A stretch of 64,000 nucleotides of DNA from Macrostomum lignano (Eukaryota): positions 62,001 to 126,000 of the forward strand of contig NIVC01001161.1 of assembly GCA_002269645.1 (NCBI GenBank), given 5' to 3'. Under the pieces are notes generated by a model. It did no database searches. It saw only the letters and a program-made list of their open reading frames with translations, and was not told the DNA's origin. Shown here piece after piece: positions 11,510 through 24,169 of the stretch (the stretch's first letter is position 1; every line of letters starts with the position of its first letter). Position numbers and translations under genes: made by a program.

Positions 11510-13470
11510 TCTGACATGACGCTTCTTTTGATTTTTACGTTACGCTTCTTTTATTCTTCCATGATGCTTCTTAATTTTTTAAATGACACACTTTCATTAG
11601 TTTTTATATGAGGCTTCTATGATTTTTTCATGACGCTTCTATGTTAACATGACGCTTCTATGCTTGTTTACATGACGCTTTTATGATTGTTTACATGACG
11701 CTTTTATGATTGTTTACATGACGCTTCTATGATTGTTTACATGACGCTTGTATGATTGTTTACATGACGCTTCTATGATTTTTTACATGACGCTTCTATG
11801 ATTTTTGCATGACGCTTCTATGATTTTTTCATGACGCTTCTATGATTGTTTGCATGACGCTTCTATGATTTTTTCATGTCGCTTCTATGATTTTTATATG
11901 ACGCTTCTATGATTGTTTACATGACGCTTCTATGATTGTTTACATGACGCTTCTATGATTGTTTACATGACGCTTCTATGATTTTTAAGACGCTTTTATG
12001 ATTTTAACATGACGCTTCTATGATTGTTTACATGACGCTTGTATGATTGTTTACATGACGCTTGTATGATTGTTTACATGACGCTTCTATGATTTTAACA
12101 TGACGCTTCTATGATTGTTTACATGACGCTTCTATGATTTTTACATGACGCTTCTATGATTTTTACATGACGCTTCTATGATTTTTTCATGACGCTTCTA
12201 TGATTGTTTACATGACGCTTCTATGATTGTTTACATGACGCTTCTATGATTTTTTACATGACGCTTCTATGATTGTTTACATGACGCTTCTATGATTGTT
12301 TACATGACGCTTCTATGATTGTTTACATGACGCTTCTATGATTGTTTACATGACGCTTCTATGATTGTTTACATGACGCTTCTATGATTGTTTACATGAC
12401 GCTTGTATGATTGTTTATATGACGCTTCTATGATTGTTTACATGACGCTTCTATGATTGTTTACATGACGCTTTTATGATTGTTTACATGACGCTTCTAT
12501 GATTGTTTACATGACGCTTGTATGATTGTTTACATGACGCTTCTATGATTTTTTACATGACGCTTCTATGATTTTTGCATGACGCTTCTATGATTTTTTC
12601 ATGACGCTTCTATGATTGTTTGCATGACGCTTCTATGATTTTTTCATGTCGCTTCTATGATTTTTATATGACGCTTCTATGATTGTTTACATGACGCTTC
12701 TATGATTGTTTACATGACGCTTCTATGATTGTTTACATGACGCTTCTATGATTTTTAAGACGCTTTTATGATTTTAACATGACGCTTCTATGATTGTTTA
12801 CATGACGCTTGTATGATTGTTTACATGACGCTTGTATGATTGTTTACATGACGCTTCTATGATTTTAACATGACGCTTCTATGATTGTTTACATGACGCT
12901 TCTATGATTTTTACATGACGCTTCTATGATTTTTACATGACGCTTCTATGATTTTTTCATGACGCTTCTATGATTGTTTACATGACGCTTCTATGATTGT
13001 TTACATGACGCTTCTATGATTTTTTACATGACGCTTCTATGATTGTTTACATGACGCTTCTATGATTGTTTACATGACGCTTCTATGATTTTTTACATGA
13101 CGCTTCTATGATTGTTTACATGACGCTTGTATGATTGTTTATATGACGCTTCTATGATTGTTTACATGACGCTTGTATGATTGTTTACATGACGCTTCTA
13201 TGATTTTTTATGACGCTTGTATGATTTTAACATGACGCTTCTATGATTGTTTGCATGACGCTTCTATGATTTTTTTATGACGCTTTTATGATTTTAACAT
13301 GACGCTTCTATGATTTTTTTACATGACGCTTGTATGATTGTTTACATGACGCTTTTATGATTTTAACATGACGCTTCTATGATTGTTTACATGACGCTTC
13401 TATGATTTTTACATGACGCTTCTATGATTGTTTACATGACGCTTGTATGATTGTTTACATGACGCTTCCA
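11510..13470. repeat. 23-bp minisatellite ACATGACGCTTCTATGATTGTTT, about 85 copies
   Basis: Tandem array of about 1.96 kb with 21-23-bp variants. Confidence 0.95.
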
Positions 13471-13629
13471 TAATTTTTTTTTGTCTTGGCGTTAAAAAGC
13501 TTTAATTAAAAAAACTCTACTCTCTAAAAATTCGAACCATCGTCCCTGCATTTAGCAGTTTAGTCTGTTTACCTCTAGGCTAGCTCTCATGAATTTTAGT
13601 CATTACCCCTAAATAGAAAATATTCCCAA

Positions 13630-13890
13630 GACAGCAAGCATCCCCCCAGTAGCAAGCATCCCCTAATACTCCTAGCAAGCATCCACCCAGATAGCAAGCA
13701 TCTGCAGATAGCAAGCATCTGCAGATAGCAAGCATCTTGCAGATAGCAAGCATCTGCAGATAGCAAGCATCTGCAGATAGCAAGCATCTTGCAGATAGCA
13801 AGCATACCCCAAATAATGTAGAAGCATCCTTCCAGATAGCAAGCATCCTGCACATAGCAAGAATCCCTAAATAGCAAGCATCCCTGGATA
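13630..13890. repeat. 17-18-bp tandem repeat GATAGCAAGCATCTGCA
   Basis: Visible tandem units. Confidence 0.85.
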
Positions 13891-13919
13891 GAAATAATCC
13901 TATACATGTAGCCAAGCTT

Positions 13920-14632
13920 ATCAAGCGCAGTAATCCTTGGCTATCGAGTGCAGTAATCCTTGGTTTATTAATAGCAATAATCCATGGCTTATCGAGTGCA
14001 GTAATTCTTGGTTTGCCAAGTGCAGTAAGTAATCCTTGGTTTATTAATAGCAATAATCCATGGCTTATGAGTGCAGTAATCCTTGGTTTATTAATAGCAA
14101 TAATCCTTGGCTTATCGAGTGCAGTAATCCTTGGTTTATTAATAGCAATAATCCTTGGCTTATCGAGTGCAGTAATCCTTGGTTTATTAATAGCAATAAT
14201 CCATGCCTTATCGAGTGCAGTAATCCTTGGTTTATTAATAGCAATAATCCTTGGCTTATCGAGTGCAGTAATCCTTGGTTTATTAATAGCAATAATCCTT
14301 GGCTTATCGAGTGCAGTAATCCTTGGTTTATTAATAGCAATAATCCTTGGCTTATCGAGTGCAGTAATCCTTGGTTTATTAATAGCAATAGTCCTTGGTT
14401 TATTGAGTGCAGTAATCCTTGGTTTATTAATAGCAATAATCCTTGGCTTATCGAGTGCAGTAATCCTTGGTTTGCCAAGTGCATAATCCTTGGTTTATTA
14501 ATAGCAATAATCCTTGGTTTATTGAGTGCAGTAATCCTTGGTTTATTAATAGCAATAGTCCTTGGTTTATTGAGTGCAGTAATCCTTGGTTTATTAATAG
14601 CAATAATCCTTGGCTTATCGAGTGCAGTAATC
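13920..14632. repeat. 48-bp tandem repeat made of two 24-bp subunits
   Basis: TAATCCTTGGTTTATTAATAGCAA + TAATCCTTGGCTTATCGAGTGCAG; 16-aa periodicity in translations. Confidence 0.95.
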
Positions 14633-15214
14633 TAAGTGTTTTTATTTAGTCCTTTAATAAAAGCTTTTAATAAAAAAATTTACACTACTACTTTTAAACT
14701 ACTTAGATTCGAACCTAGGTCGCTGCATTAGTAGTCTGGTCTGCTCAGCTCTAGGCTGGCTCTCATCGAAGTTATCAGTGATGTTGTACCACTTATATAA
14801 TTCAACACTCACACCAAGTCAGGTAGAGTAAAAAGTCACGCGAAGCAGTTATGACATAATCAATTTCTTAGGCAAGTCAGTACCAGTGTCTATGAAAGCT
14901 AACAATATGGTTACGTAATATAAATTCAGTACTGCACTATACTTTCACACTCAAAGCTGGGACGCAATTCAATTGAGTGTCAAATTCAGCCAGTACACAG
15001 ACGATAAATAAAGTGTATTGTGATGCAATCTATTTCAGAATCAGAATTCAACCAGTCAGTTTTTCTGCTAGCATTCTTACGATGCATTTCAAGTCGAAAG
15101 AGCTGCTTGACCTTTGCAAAAAAGCATGTTTTTCGAATATTTAATCCCTTTAGCATCAAGCAATTTCTTAGCCACGATGCATGTACTGTCACGGGAAAAT
15201 TTCTGATCGAACAG

Positions 15215-15327
15215 TGCAAGTTCGAAGAAAATCGGTTGAGCCGTTTTTGCTAAAATCGATCACACACACACACATACACACACACACATACCGACAGACC
15301 ATTTTTAGTATATTAGAAGAAGAAGAT
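15215..15327 (+). mobile_element. Possible 3' part of a Lep1/HINE-type non-autonomous Helitron-like element
   Basis: AAAATCGGTTGAGCCGTTTT then (CA)n, GACAGAC, TATATTAGAAG; resemblance judged from memory of such elements. Confidence 0.35.
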
Positions 15328-15959
15328 TAGATATGCTATTGACTAAAAACCTTTGTTATATTTGTTCAAACCTATCAAAAGTAAAGGCCTAAGCACATAT
15401 AGTAAATTGATTTATAACAATTTTCATTTTTAATATCTAGTCATATAGATATTAAAAATATCTAGTCTTTGTCTTGTAATTTTTAGTTTAAATGAATTAT
15501 TTTCTCAGTTCTTAGCCTAGTAGTTAGTGTTAATGGATATATTTATTTATGTTAAAATGCTACTTAAACATTCTTTCATATACTTTTATTTATTGAAAGT
15601 ATTCTTTATTATAATTCCTATTAATTTTTTTATGATATGCCTTTTTTTATTAGATGCATCCCATATAGTTTATATAAAATGTTGCCAATGCACTTAGATG
15701 GCATCTGAAGTATACTTAATAAAGAACAAATAGAACTTATTATTGAGAATTATTATAACCCAGTGAAATTTTTGAGAGGTGCCAATAGAATGCTAATTTT
15801 AAAATAGTCTATTTTTTATTGAGTTTTTTGTATTAATGTGTATATTCAATGCCTTAAAAATGTTTTCAAGATTAGAATTTTGCATCAATTATTATATTCA
15901 GCAGGACTGTAGGTTATTGTAAGGTTATAATGTTAATGATTAGGAAATTTGCTGGGGGT

Positions 15960-16570
15960 ATGACTGAGGTGGATGATGCTGAGGGGGGTGATGCTGAGGC
16001 CTGAGGGGGGTGATGCTGATTGCTGAGGCCTGAGGGGGTGATGCTGATTGCTGAGGCCTGAGGGGGTGATGCTGATTGCTGAGGCCTGAGGGGGTGATGC
16101 TGATTGCTGAGGCCTGAGGGGGGTGATGCTGAGGGGAGTGATGCTGATTGCTGAGGCCTGAGGGGGGTGATGCTGATTGCTGAGGCCTGAGGGGGGTGAT
16201 GCTGATTGCTGAGGCCTGAGGGGGGTGATGCTGATTGCTGAGGCCTGAGGGGGATGATGCTGAGGGGGGTGATGCTGATTGCTGAGGCCTGAGGGGGATG
16301 ATGCTGAGGGGGATGATGCTGAGGGGGATGATGCTGAGGGGGATGATGCTGAGGGGGTGATGCTGAGGGGGTGATGCTGAGGGGGTGATGCTGATTGCTG
16401 AGGCCTGAGGGGGATGATGCTGAGGCCTGAGGGGATGATGCTGAGGGGGGTGATGCTGATTGCTGAGGCCTGAGGGGGGTGATGCTGAGGCCTGAGGGGA
16501 TGATGCTGAGGGGGGTGATGCTGATTGCTGAGGCCTGAGGGGGATGATGCTGAGGGGGAATGATGCTGAC
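15960..16570. repeat. G-rich degenerate minisatellite (GCTGAGGCCTGAGGGGGTGATGCTGATT) upstream of Skp1
   Basis: Tandem 13-29-bp modules with G4-G6 runs. Confidence 0.9.
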
Positions 16571-16704
16571 TGGGATTTCACTGAATGGAATGCAGCCTTT
16601 CTCAGTCCATTTAATTTTTTCACCGCTGCCAACATCAAGTACATGATTTGTTGCAAATGAAGATTTTATTCAAAACTTTATGACACTAAAGGACCGCCAC
16701 AGCA

Positions 16705-17966
16705 ATGCCGAACATTAAGCTGCAGTCGAGCGACAATGAAATATTCGAGGTTGACATAGAAATTGCCAAGCAGTCGGGCACCATCAAGACCATGCTGGAG
16801 GACCTGTCTGTTTCCGATGAAGGCGACGAAGAAGTTCCCCTGCCCAATGTCAACGCCGCCATCCTCAAGAAGGTCATCGCCTGGTGCACCTATCACAAGG
16901 ACGACCCGCCACCTGTGGAGGAGGATGAGTACAAGGAGCGGCGTACCGACGATATCCCCACTTGGGATCAGGAGTTCCTTAAGGTTGTTGCTTAAGCCTG
17001 ACGTATCATTGTTTGTAGCTGGTGCAGTGTGTTATGGGTACATTGCAAAGGCTAATAGGGAAATTGCAAAGGCTAATTGTAACATTGCAAACTTAAGGCT
17101 AATGTGGATATTGCAGTGGCTAATGCAGACATTTCAAAGGCTAATGGTGATATTGCAAAGGCTAATGGGGACATTGCAAAGGCTAATAGGGATATTGCAA
17201 ATGCTAATGGGGATATTGCAAAGGCTAATGGGGACATTGCAAAGGCTAATGGGGATATTGCAAAGGCTAATGGGGACATTGCAAAGGCTAATGGGGATAT
17301 TGCAAAGGCTAATGGGGACATTGCAAAGGCTAATGGGGATATTGCAAAGGCTAATGGGGATATTGTAAAGGCTAATGGGGATATTGCAAAGGCTAATGGG
17401 GACATTGCAAAGGCTAATGGGGATATTGCAAAGGCTAATGGGGATATTGCAAAGGCTAATAAGGACATTGCAAAGGCTAATAAGGACATTGCAAAGGCTA
17501 ATGGGGATATTGCAAAGGCTAATGGTGATATTGCAAAGGCTATTGGGAACTTTGCAGTGGCTAATGCAGATATTGCAAGGGCTAATGGGGATCGTAAATG
17601 TTAATGGGGACATTGCAAAGGCTAATGGCGATATTGCAAAGGCTAATGGGGACATTGCAAAGGCTAAGAGGGATATTGCAAATGCTAATGGGGATATTGC
17701 AAAGGCTAATGGAGACATTGCTAACTAAGCCAGCATGTTGGCGCCGCCAATCCCAGGTGGACCAGGGCACCCTGTTTGAGATCATTCTGGCTGCCAACTA
17801 CCTGGACATCAAGGGCCTGCTAGACGTGTCCTGCAAAACCGTGGCCAACATGATCAAAGGCAAGAGCCCCGAGGAAATCCGCAAGACCTTCAACATCAAG
17901 TGCGACTTCTCGGCAGAGGAGCTGGAGCGGGTTCGCAGGGAGAACGAGTGGTGCGAGGAGAAGTGA
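16705..17966 (+). CDS. SKP1: S-phase kinase-associated protein 1; exons 16705-16983, 17757-17966; 162 aa
   Basis: [17 protein letters not shown]...WDQEFLK|[23 protein letters not shown]...ENEWCEEK; phase-0 GT-AG intron. Confidence 0.97.
17040..17725. repeat. 21-bp intronic minisatellite GATATTGCAAAGGCTAATGGG
   Basis: Fills the Skp1 intron; DIAKANG periodicity. Confidence 0.95.
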
Positions 17967-18837
17967 GCAGACACATTAAAGTGAGCACGGAGTCAGACTA
18001 CTCAGAGCCGCTGGGCTGGACGCAGATTCGAGCTGGGGTCCTTTTTTGAAATTTCTCTTTCTCACCCCCACTTATTGACTTTGGTGTGACATCTGCAAAA
18101 TATAATGGTAATCTTGTAATCATTATATACTTGCTTTTTTGCTTTGTGTTTTTTAGCCCCTCCCGCTTGTCCTCTCCGTGATTTTTGAATGCTACTACTT
18201 ATATTTAGTACCGTGTGTCGATAGTTGATAGTTTCTGTAGAATTTGAACCCACCCTCCATCCGCCCCTGCAAATATTTATACTACTCAGAGAGGCACCGT
18301 TCTGTTGTCGCTTTTTTCGTTATTCGCGATTCTCACAAGAAAGAACTGGATCTAATGTAATCTTTTTAATACTTATGCAGTCATAAGACCAGCTTTATCT
18401 ATTTAAAACAAAGCTTAATGAAACTGTTATTAATCTTAAATTTACGAGTATTTATAATTATAATTTTTACTAAAAAGCTGCTTACATTTCTCAACAAAAA
18501 AACGCGTTAGACTACTACTCAATTGCTCTAAGTAGTATGGTCATAACTTGCTACCAAGTTGATTTAAGTAGAAAATAGCTATTCTCTTTTGATTGCTTTT
18601 TGAATTGAAAATAAATGATTTATTAATAAAATCGTCATGCGGGATCTACGCGAAGCGAGTAAGGCACCAGCAGTTTATTGAAAGTTTTTCTATATAATAG
18701 CAAACCGCTTCGCTGTGCTTGAGACTGTCGAACTGCTCGCTATCCATCTCTCCGAGAGGCTGGCTTTTCCCTATTTAAATTTGATGCAAGGCTCGCTTTT
18801 TGCTTCACTTCTTTAATAAAGCTTTTCTTGATGAAAT

Positions 18838-19085
18838 TGTGGGTAGAAGCGGGTGTAGCTCTGGGGATTGTGGGTAGAAGCGGTTGTAGCTCTGGGGATT
18901 GTGGGTAGAAGCGGGTGTAGCTGAGGGGATTGTGGGTAGAAGCGGGTGTAGCTGAGGGGATTGTGGGTAGAAGCGGGTGTAGCTGAGGGGATTGTGGGTA
19001 GAAGCGGGTGTAGCTGAGGGGATTGTGGGTAGAAGCGGGTGTAGCTGAGGGGATTGTGGATAGAAGCGGGTGTGGCTACGGGGAT
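18838..19085. repeat. 31-bp tandem repeat GTGGGTAGAAGCGGGTGTAGCTGAGGGGATT, about 8 copies
   Basis: Units 31 bp apart (18841, 18872, ...). Confidence 0.9.
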
Positions 19086-19329
19086 TGTTCGTTAAATTGA
19101 ATTGAAGACATCTCTTCGTGAAGAACGAGTGCTACATGTGCTAGCTATGTGCCTTCGGTTGGGTTATGTTAATACCTGTATTTGTATTCGCGCAAATACA
19201 AGTTTTATTTTTATATTTTCCGTCAAAGTCAGATTTGAAGGTTGCTACGCAAAAAGCGAAAAAATTGTTTGATGTGGGGAATCCCAGATGAGCGAATTTG
19301 CCTTTAGGAAATCTTAAATGAGAAGCAAA

Positions 19330-19985
19330 TTGTCATGGGAATCCCAGGTGAGAGAAGATATATCTCCCAGGTGGGAGATAATGTTCCATGGGGAATCCCA
19401 AGTGGGAGATAATGTTCCATGGGAATCCCAAGTGGGAGATAATGTTCCATGGGAATCCCAAGTGGGAGATAATGTTCCATGGAGAATCCCAGGTGGGAGA
19501 TAATGTTCCATGGGGAATCCCAGGTGGGGAGAAGATGTGTGCTATGGGGAATCCCAAGTGGGAGATAATGTTCCATGGAGAATCCCAGGTGGGAGATACA
19601 TGTAATGTTCCATGGGGAATCCCAAGTGGGAGATAATGTTCCATGGAGAATCCCAGGTGGGTGATAATGTTCCATGGGGAATCCCAGGTGGGGAGAAGAT
19701 GTGTGCTATGGGGAATCCCAAGTGGGAGATAATGTTCCATGGGGAATCCCAAGTGGGAGATAATGTTACATGGGGAATCCCAGGTGGGGAGAAGATGTGC
19801 CATGGGAATCCCAGGTGGGGAGAAGAGATGTGCCATGGAAAATCACAGGTGGGATAAGATGTGCCAAGGAAATCCCAGGTTGGAGAAGATACGAGTATGC
19901 CATGGGGAATCCCAGGTTGGAGATGATACGAGTATGCCATGGGGAATCCCCAGGTGTTAAAAATGTTCCATGGGGAATCCCACCT
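19330..19985. repeat. 30-31-bp minisatellite CCATGGGGAATCCCAAGTGGGAGATAATGTT
   Basis: Tandem units with GAAGATGTGTGCT variants. Confidence 0.9.
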
Positions 19986-20161
19986 CCGCAATTTGACAAA
20001 AGAGAATCCCATGCATGCAGCTTTTTCGAACATTTTCTACAAGCTATTGAAAAACAAAATATGGCTTAAATATTCATGCTAATGGTCTACTATGATGTTC
20101 AATTGTGCATTCTTCCTATGGAGACTTCAGCAAGCTTTCCACATATATGCTGAGTCAGCAA

Positions 20162-23100
20162 TCAGTGCCCTTTAGCGGCGGCAGAACCGGCGGCCTCGTG
20201 AGAGTCAGCAGTCGGCGGCTTGGGCACGATGCACACCGGCAGGTTGCTGTGCCGCATCACGTGCTCGGACACGGAGCCTAAGAATGCGCGACGGACGTCG
20301 CTTAGTCCACGCGTTGCCATGATAACTAGGTGGCAGCCGCTGCGCCAGGCGATGTCAACCAGGGCCTCTCCGGGTCGTTTGTGACTCTCGGCAATGAAGT
20401 CCAGCTGCAGTGAGAAGCATTCCAGCGCTTAATTATTCTAGAATGGTTCTTTGACACCTGGTCTGACCACAGATAGACGATTGGAATTCAATTGGAGTTT
20501 GCTGACTCTTCACTGAATCACAAATTTTAATTCAGTGTATCACCTTTTACAATGCACTTGTAACTCTTAAAATTTTGCTGGGTTTATGGCGTCTCTGACA
20601 CCTGGCACCCTAGCTGGTTACATGTACCTAGCAACCCCTAGCTGGAACCCCCTGACGCTTGAATGTACCTGGTAACCCCTGGAACCCCCTGACGCTTAAA
20701 TGTACCTGGCAACCCCTGGAACAGGCACCCCCTGACGCTTAAATGTACCTGGCAACCCCGGAACTGGCACCCCCTGACGCTTGAATGTACTTGGCAACCC
20801 CTGGAACCCCCTGACGTTTGAATGTACTTGGCAACCCCTAGCTGGAACTTAATGTATAATTGGTAACCTCTAGAACTCAGTGACACCCGCATGCACGAGA
20901 GCAACCCGGGCACCTGCATGTACCCGACACCTGCATGCACCTGACAACTGCATGTACCTGACACCTGCATGTACCTGACACCTGCATGTACCTGCATGAC
21001 ACCTGCATGTACCTGACACCCCTTCAACAATTTAAGTGGCGTGGGCGGTTGCGTGTACGTATGCAAACATGAAGGCTTATAGCAAATATTCTGTGCAATC
21101 ACAGCCTTATGACCCCGGCAATTACACTGCATGTACATGTGCGTGCAAATTACAGGCACAGGACGACACTTATAAGATTCGGGGCTTACAGTAATTAGAT
21201 TGGCCATGTCTATCTGATCAGGGCTTAGCTGATAAACTGCATGCAAGAGTGTTAGTCCAAGTCTCGGTGACTGCGGTACAAGTATGCTAGAATTTCAAGT
21301 CAGGCAAATACAGAGAGAGCGGGTGTTCCTGACTGCGCGGGGCCAAGATCTCGTATTCAGATTGATAAGATAAGCGGGTACAGTTCGATAAGAATTTGCG
21401 TAGCTGACACTTCATGGATTTCTATATGAGAACTGGAGAAGCTCTTAACCTAGAACTTGAATAACTATGTTCTTATAACACCACATGCCGTATGATTAGG
21501 CAAAATACTTTAAAATCGTTAATATACTTGCAGATTAACTTTAGCGCTTGTCTGGTAAGCTGCCAGTATAGGATCTCTCCCATCTTCTCCTCTCCCCTCT
21601 TCTCCTCTCCCATCTTCTCCTCTCCCCTCTTCTCCTCTCCCATCTTCTCCTCTCCCCTCTTCTCCTCTCCCATCTTCTCCTCTCCCCTCTTCTCCTCTCC
21701 CATCTTCTCCTCTCCCCTCTTCTCCTCTCCCATCTTCTCCTCTCCCCTCTTCTCCTCTCCCATCTTCTCCTCTCCCCTCTTCTCCTCTCCCATCTTCTCC
21801 TCTCCCCTCTTCTCCTCTCCCATCTTCTCCTCTCCCCTCTTCTCCTCTCCCATCTTCTACTCTCCCCTCTTCTCCTCTCCCATCTTCTACTCTCCCCTCT
21901 TCTCTCTCTTCTCCTCCCCTCTTCTCCTCTCCCCTCTTCTCCTCTCCCCTCTTCTCCTCTCTCTTCTCCCCTCTTCTCCTCTCCCCTCTTCTCCTCTCCC
22001 CTCTTCTCCTCTCCCCTCTTCTCCTCTCTAATCTTCTCCTCTCCCCTGTTCTCCTCTCTCCTCTTTTCCTCTCCCCTCTTCTCCTCTCTCCCATCTTCTA
22101 CTCTCCCCATCTTCTACTCTCCCCTCTTCTCCTCTCTCCTCTTCTCCTCTCCCCTCTTCTCCTCTCTCCTCTTTTCCTCTCCCCTCTTCTCCTCTCCTCT
22201 TCTCCTCCCCTCTTCTCCTCTCCCCTCTTCTCCTCTCCCCTCTTCTCCTCTCTCCTCTCCCCTCTTCTCCCCCCTCTTCTCCTCCCCTCTTCTCCTCTCC
22301 CATCTTCTCTTCTCTCCTCTCCCATCTTCTCTTCTCTCCTCTCCCATCTTCTCCTCTCTCCTCTTTTCCTCTCCCCTCTTCTCCTCTCCTCTTCTCCTCC
22401 CCTCTTCTCCTCTCCCCTCTTCTCTTCTCTCCTCTCCCATCTTCTCTTCTCTCCTCTCCCATCTTCTCTTCTCTCCTCTCCCCTCTTCTCCTCTCTCCTC
22501 TCCCCTCTTCTCCTCTCCTCTCCTCTCCTCTCCTCTCCTCTCCTCTCCTCTCCTCTCCTCTCCTCTCCTCTCCTCTCCTCTTCTCCTTTCCTCTCTTCTC
22601 CTCTCCTCTCTTCTCTCCCCTTCTCTCCTCTCCTCTTTCCCCTCCTCCCCTCTCCTCTCTTCTTACCAGAGGAGATGGAGGGTAGAAAGGGATCGAGACA
22701 GACAACTGCTGCGTAGGGGCTGGATGAGTTCCCAATTCTCGAAAAGTTAGGCCGCAGGCAGGATCGCACCTTCAATTTGAGGTTGGCAGCCCGCAGCAGG
22801 AGGTCCTCCTCCATCTGTTTGGCCGCCCGTCCATTCGCCAGGATGATTTCGCGCCAGTCGTCGGCGGGCACGCTGAAGCCTTTCTTGAGCGAGAACGACG
22901 GGAGCGACGGCGGCTCGAGGATATGCGCAGCAATGACTAAGTCGCCTTCTCGACGCACGTTGGCCAGGTACCACTGGAATGCGTGCTCGGACAGCGGCGA
23001 ACCGTCCAGGGCGATCAGAACTCGGCGATGGCCTGTTGCCGAGGAGTCCGACGGTGACGCTCTGCAGAATCAATGAACTCGTCAGGATTCGGCAACCAAT

Positions 23101-23558
23101 ATGATGTACTTTTAGCGCCCGATATGATTGTACTTTTAGTACGCAAAATAAGAATGTACTTTTAGCATGGAAATGTACTTTTAACGCCCAGAAGGAATTT
23201 ACTGTTTGATCTTATAATACTGCATTTTTGGCGCTCCAATACATATTGATTACAGACACATCCAAAGTAGAAATGTACTTTTAGCAGCGCACAGGGATGC
23301 ACTTATGACGAATAGGGATGTACTTTTGCTTTGGCTTCTAATATCAATGTACTTTTGGCCCTCGATCGATTATCATTGTCTTGTAGCTTATTTAAAATTG
23401 GCCCAACCGGGATGTGCGAAAATTGCAATTGAACTGTTTTGCAGAAAATTTTCTACTCAGGACAGAACTCGCATTTCAGAAGGTTTGGCTATAAGCAGTC
23501 TGGATAATAAGTAAATGCATGATCCGACTTACTTGTTATTCTCGTTGCTGCAGGCCAT
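20162..23558 (-). CDS. Universal stress protein (USP-A family) paralogue B; exons 23558-23533, 23061-22770, 20404-20162; 186 aa
   Basis: MACSNENNK|[26 protein letters not shown]...NLKLK|[45 protein letters not shown]; GTAAGT and GTGCGA donors, CTGCAG acceptors, phases consistent. Confidence 0.88.
20630..21020. repeat. Degenerate intronic tandem repeats (CCCCTGACGCTTGAATGTACCTGGCAA and ACCTGCATGTACCTGAC)
   Basis: Two adjacent short arrays in USP-B intron 2. Confidence 0.8.
21575..22660. repeat. Polypyrimidine (CT-rich) tract beginning with a near-perfect 30-bp repeat
   Basis: CATCTTCTCCTCTCCCCTCTTCTCCTCTCC x about 10, then degenerate CTCCT. Confidence 0.95.
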
Positions 23559-24169
23559 ATGGGATCGCTTCTGCCAATTATTGACAATAAAAATGCTGGT
23601 CACTTCAAGAGTGAAAGGTTTTATCCTGCAAGTTTATGTTACTAAAAAGCATCCAATGTATTTGAGATCGTACATAATCTTTAGAGTGCAAGTTCCTGTC
23701 TATGAACCAAATCATGCCTTTTTATTTTTACGAGTACTTCAAAGTTGTTTTTCTGAGCTCGTATTCACGCGTTCCAACAAATATTTTTGTTATACACTGA
23801 ACTCAAATATTTAACTTTTAAGTTATTTCAACTACGCGCAACAGTTCGTTGTTCAATAGTGAGGAAATCAAGGATGTAACCCGGATATTTATATGTAAGT
23901 ACTTTTTATTTGAAACACGACGTGCGAATTAGAAGTTGACTAATGCTGCGGATATATAACAACTCGTACGCTTTGAATTATGGAGTGACTCTTGTGGTAA
24001 CTTCAATATATCACCGAAATAGTTATTCTTAGTATTAAACAGTACAAGTGCAACGAAAGCAGTGTTGTTAGCTGACTTAGATGAATAGAAAACGACAATT
24101 ACCTGATGAGCTTAGATTAATAATAAAAACACTTCTCGAACTTACTACTTATGTGTGAGCAAATAATGT

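Larger units (their letters stand above)
10273..13480 (-). mobile_element. Putative non-autonomous Helitron-like element carrying minisatellites (5' boundary uncertain)
   Basis: Minus-strand hairpin (10286-10303) 13 nt before CTAG|T at 10273; homologous terminus plus the same 30-bp array at 47532. Confidence 0.5.

Noticed and set aside
11510-13470. Arrays as CRISPR-like loci
   Set aside because: Units are contiguous with no unique spacers, there are no cas genes, and the context is eukaryotic
14705-14765. Functional tRNA gene
   Set aside because: Only a B-box-like motif; no full cloverleaf, and a degenerate homologue lies at 13529
22747-23073. USP-B as a frameshifted pseudogene without a start codon
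   Set aside because: A 26-nt upstream exon (ATG 23558, GTAAGT donor, phase 2) restores an intact frame
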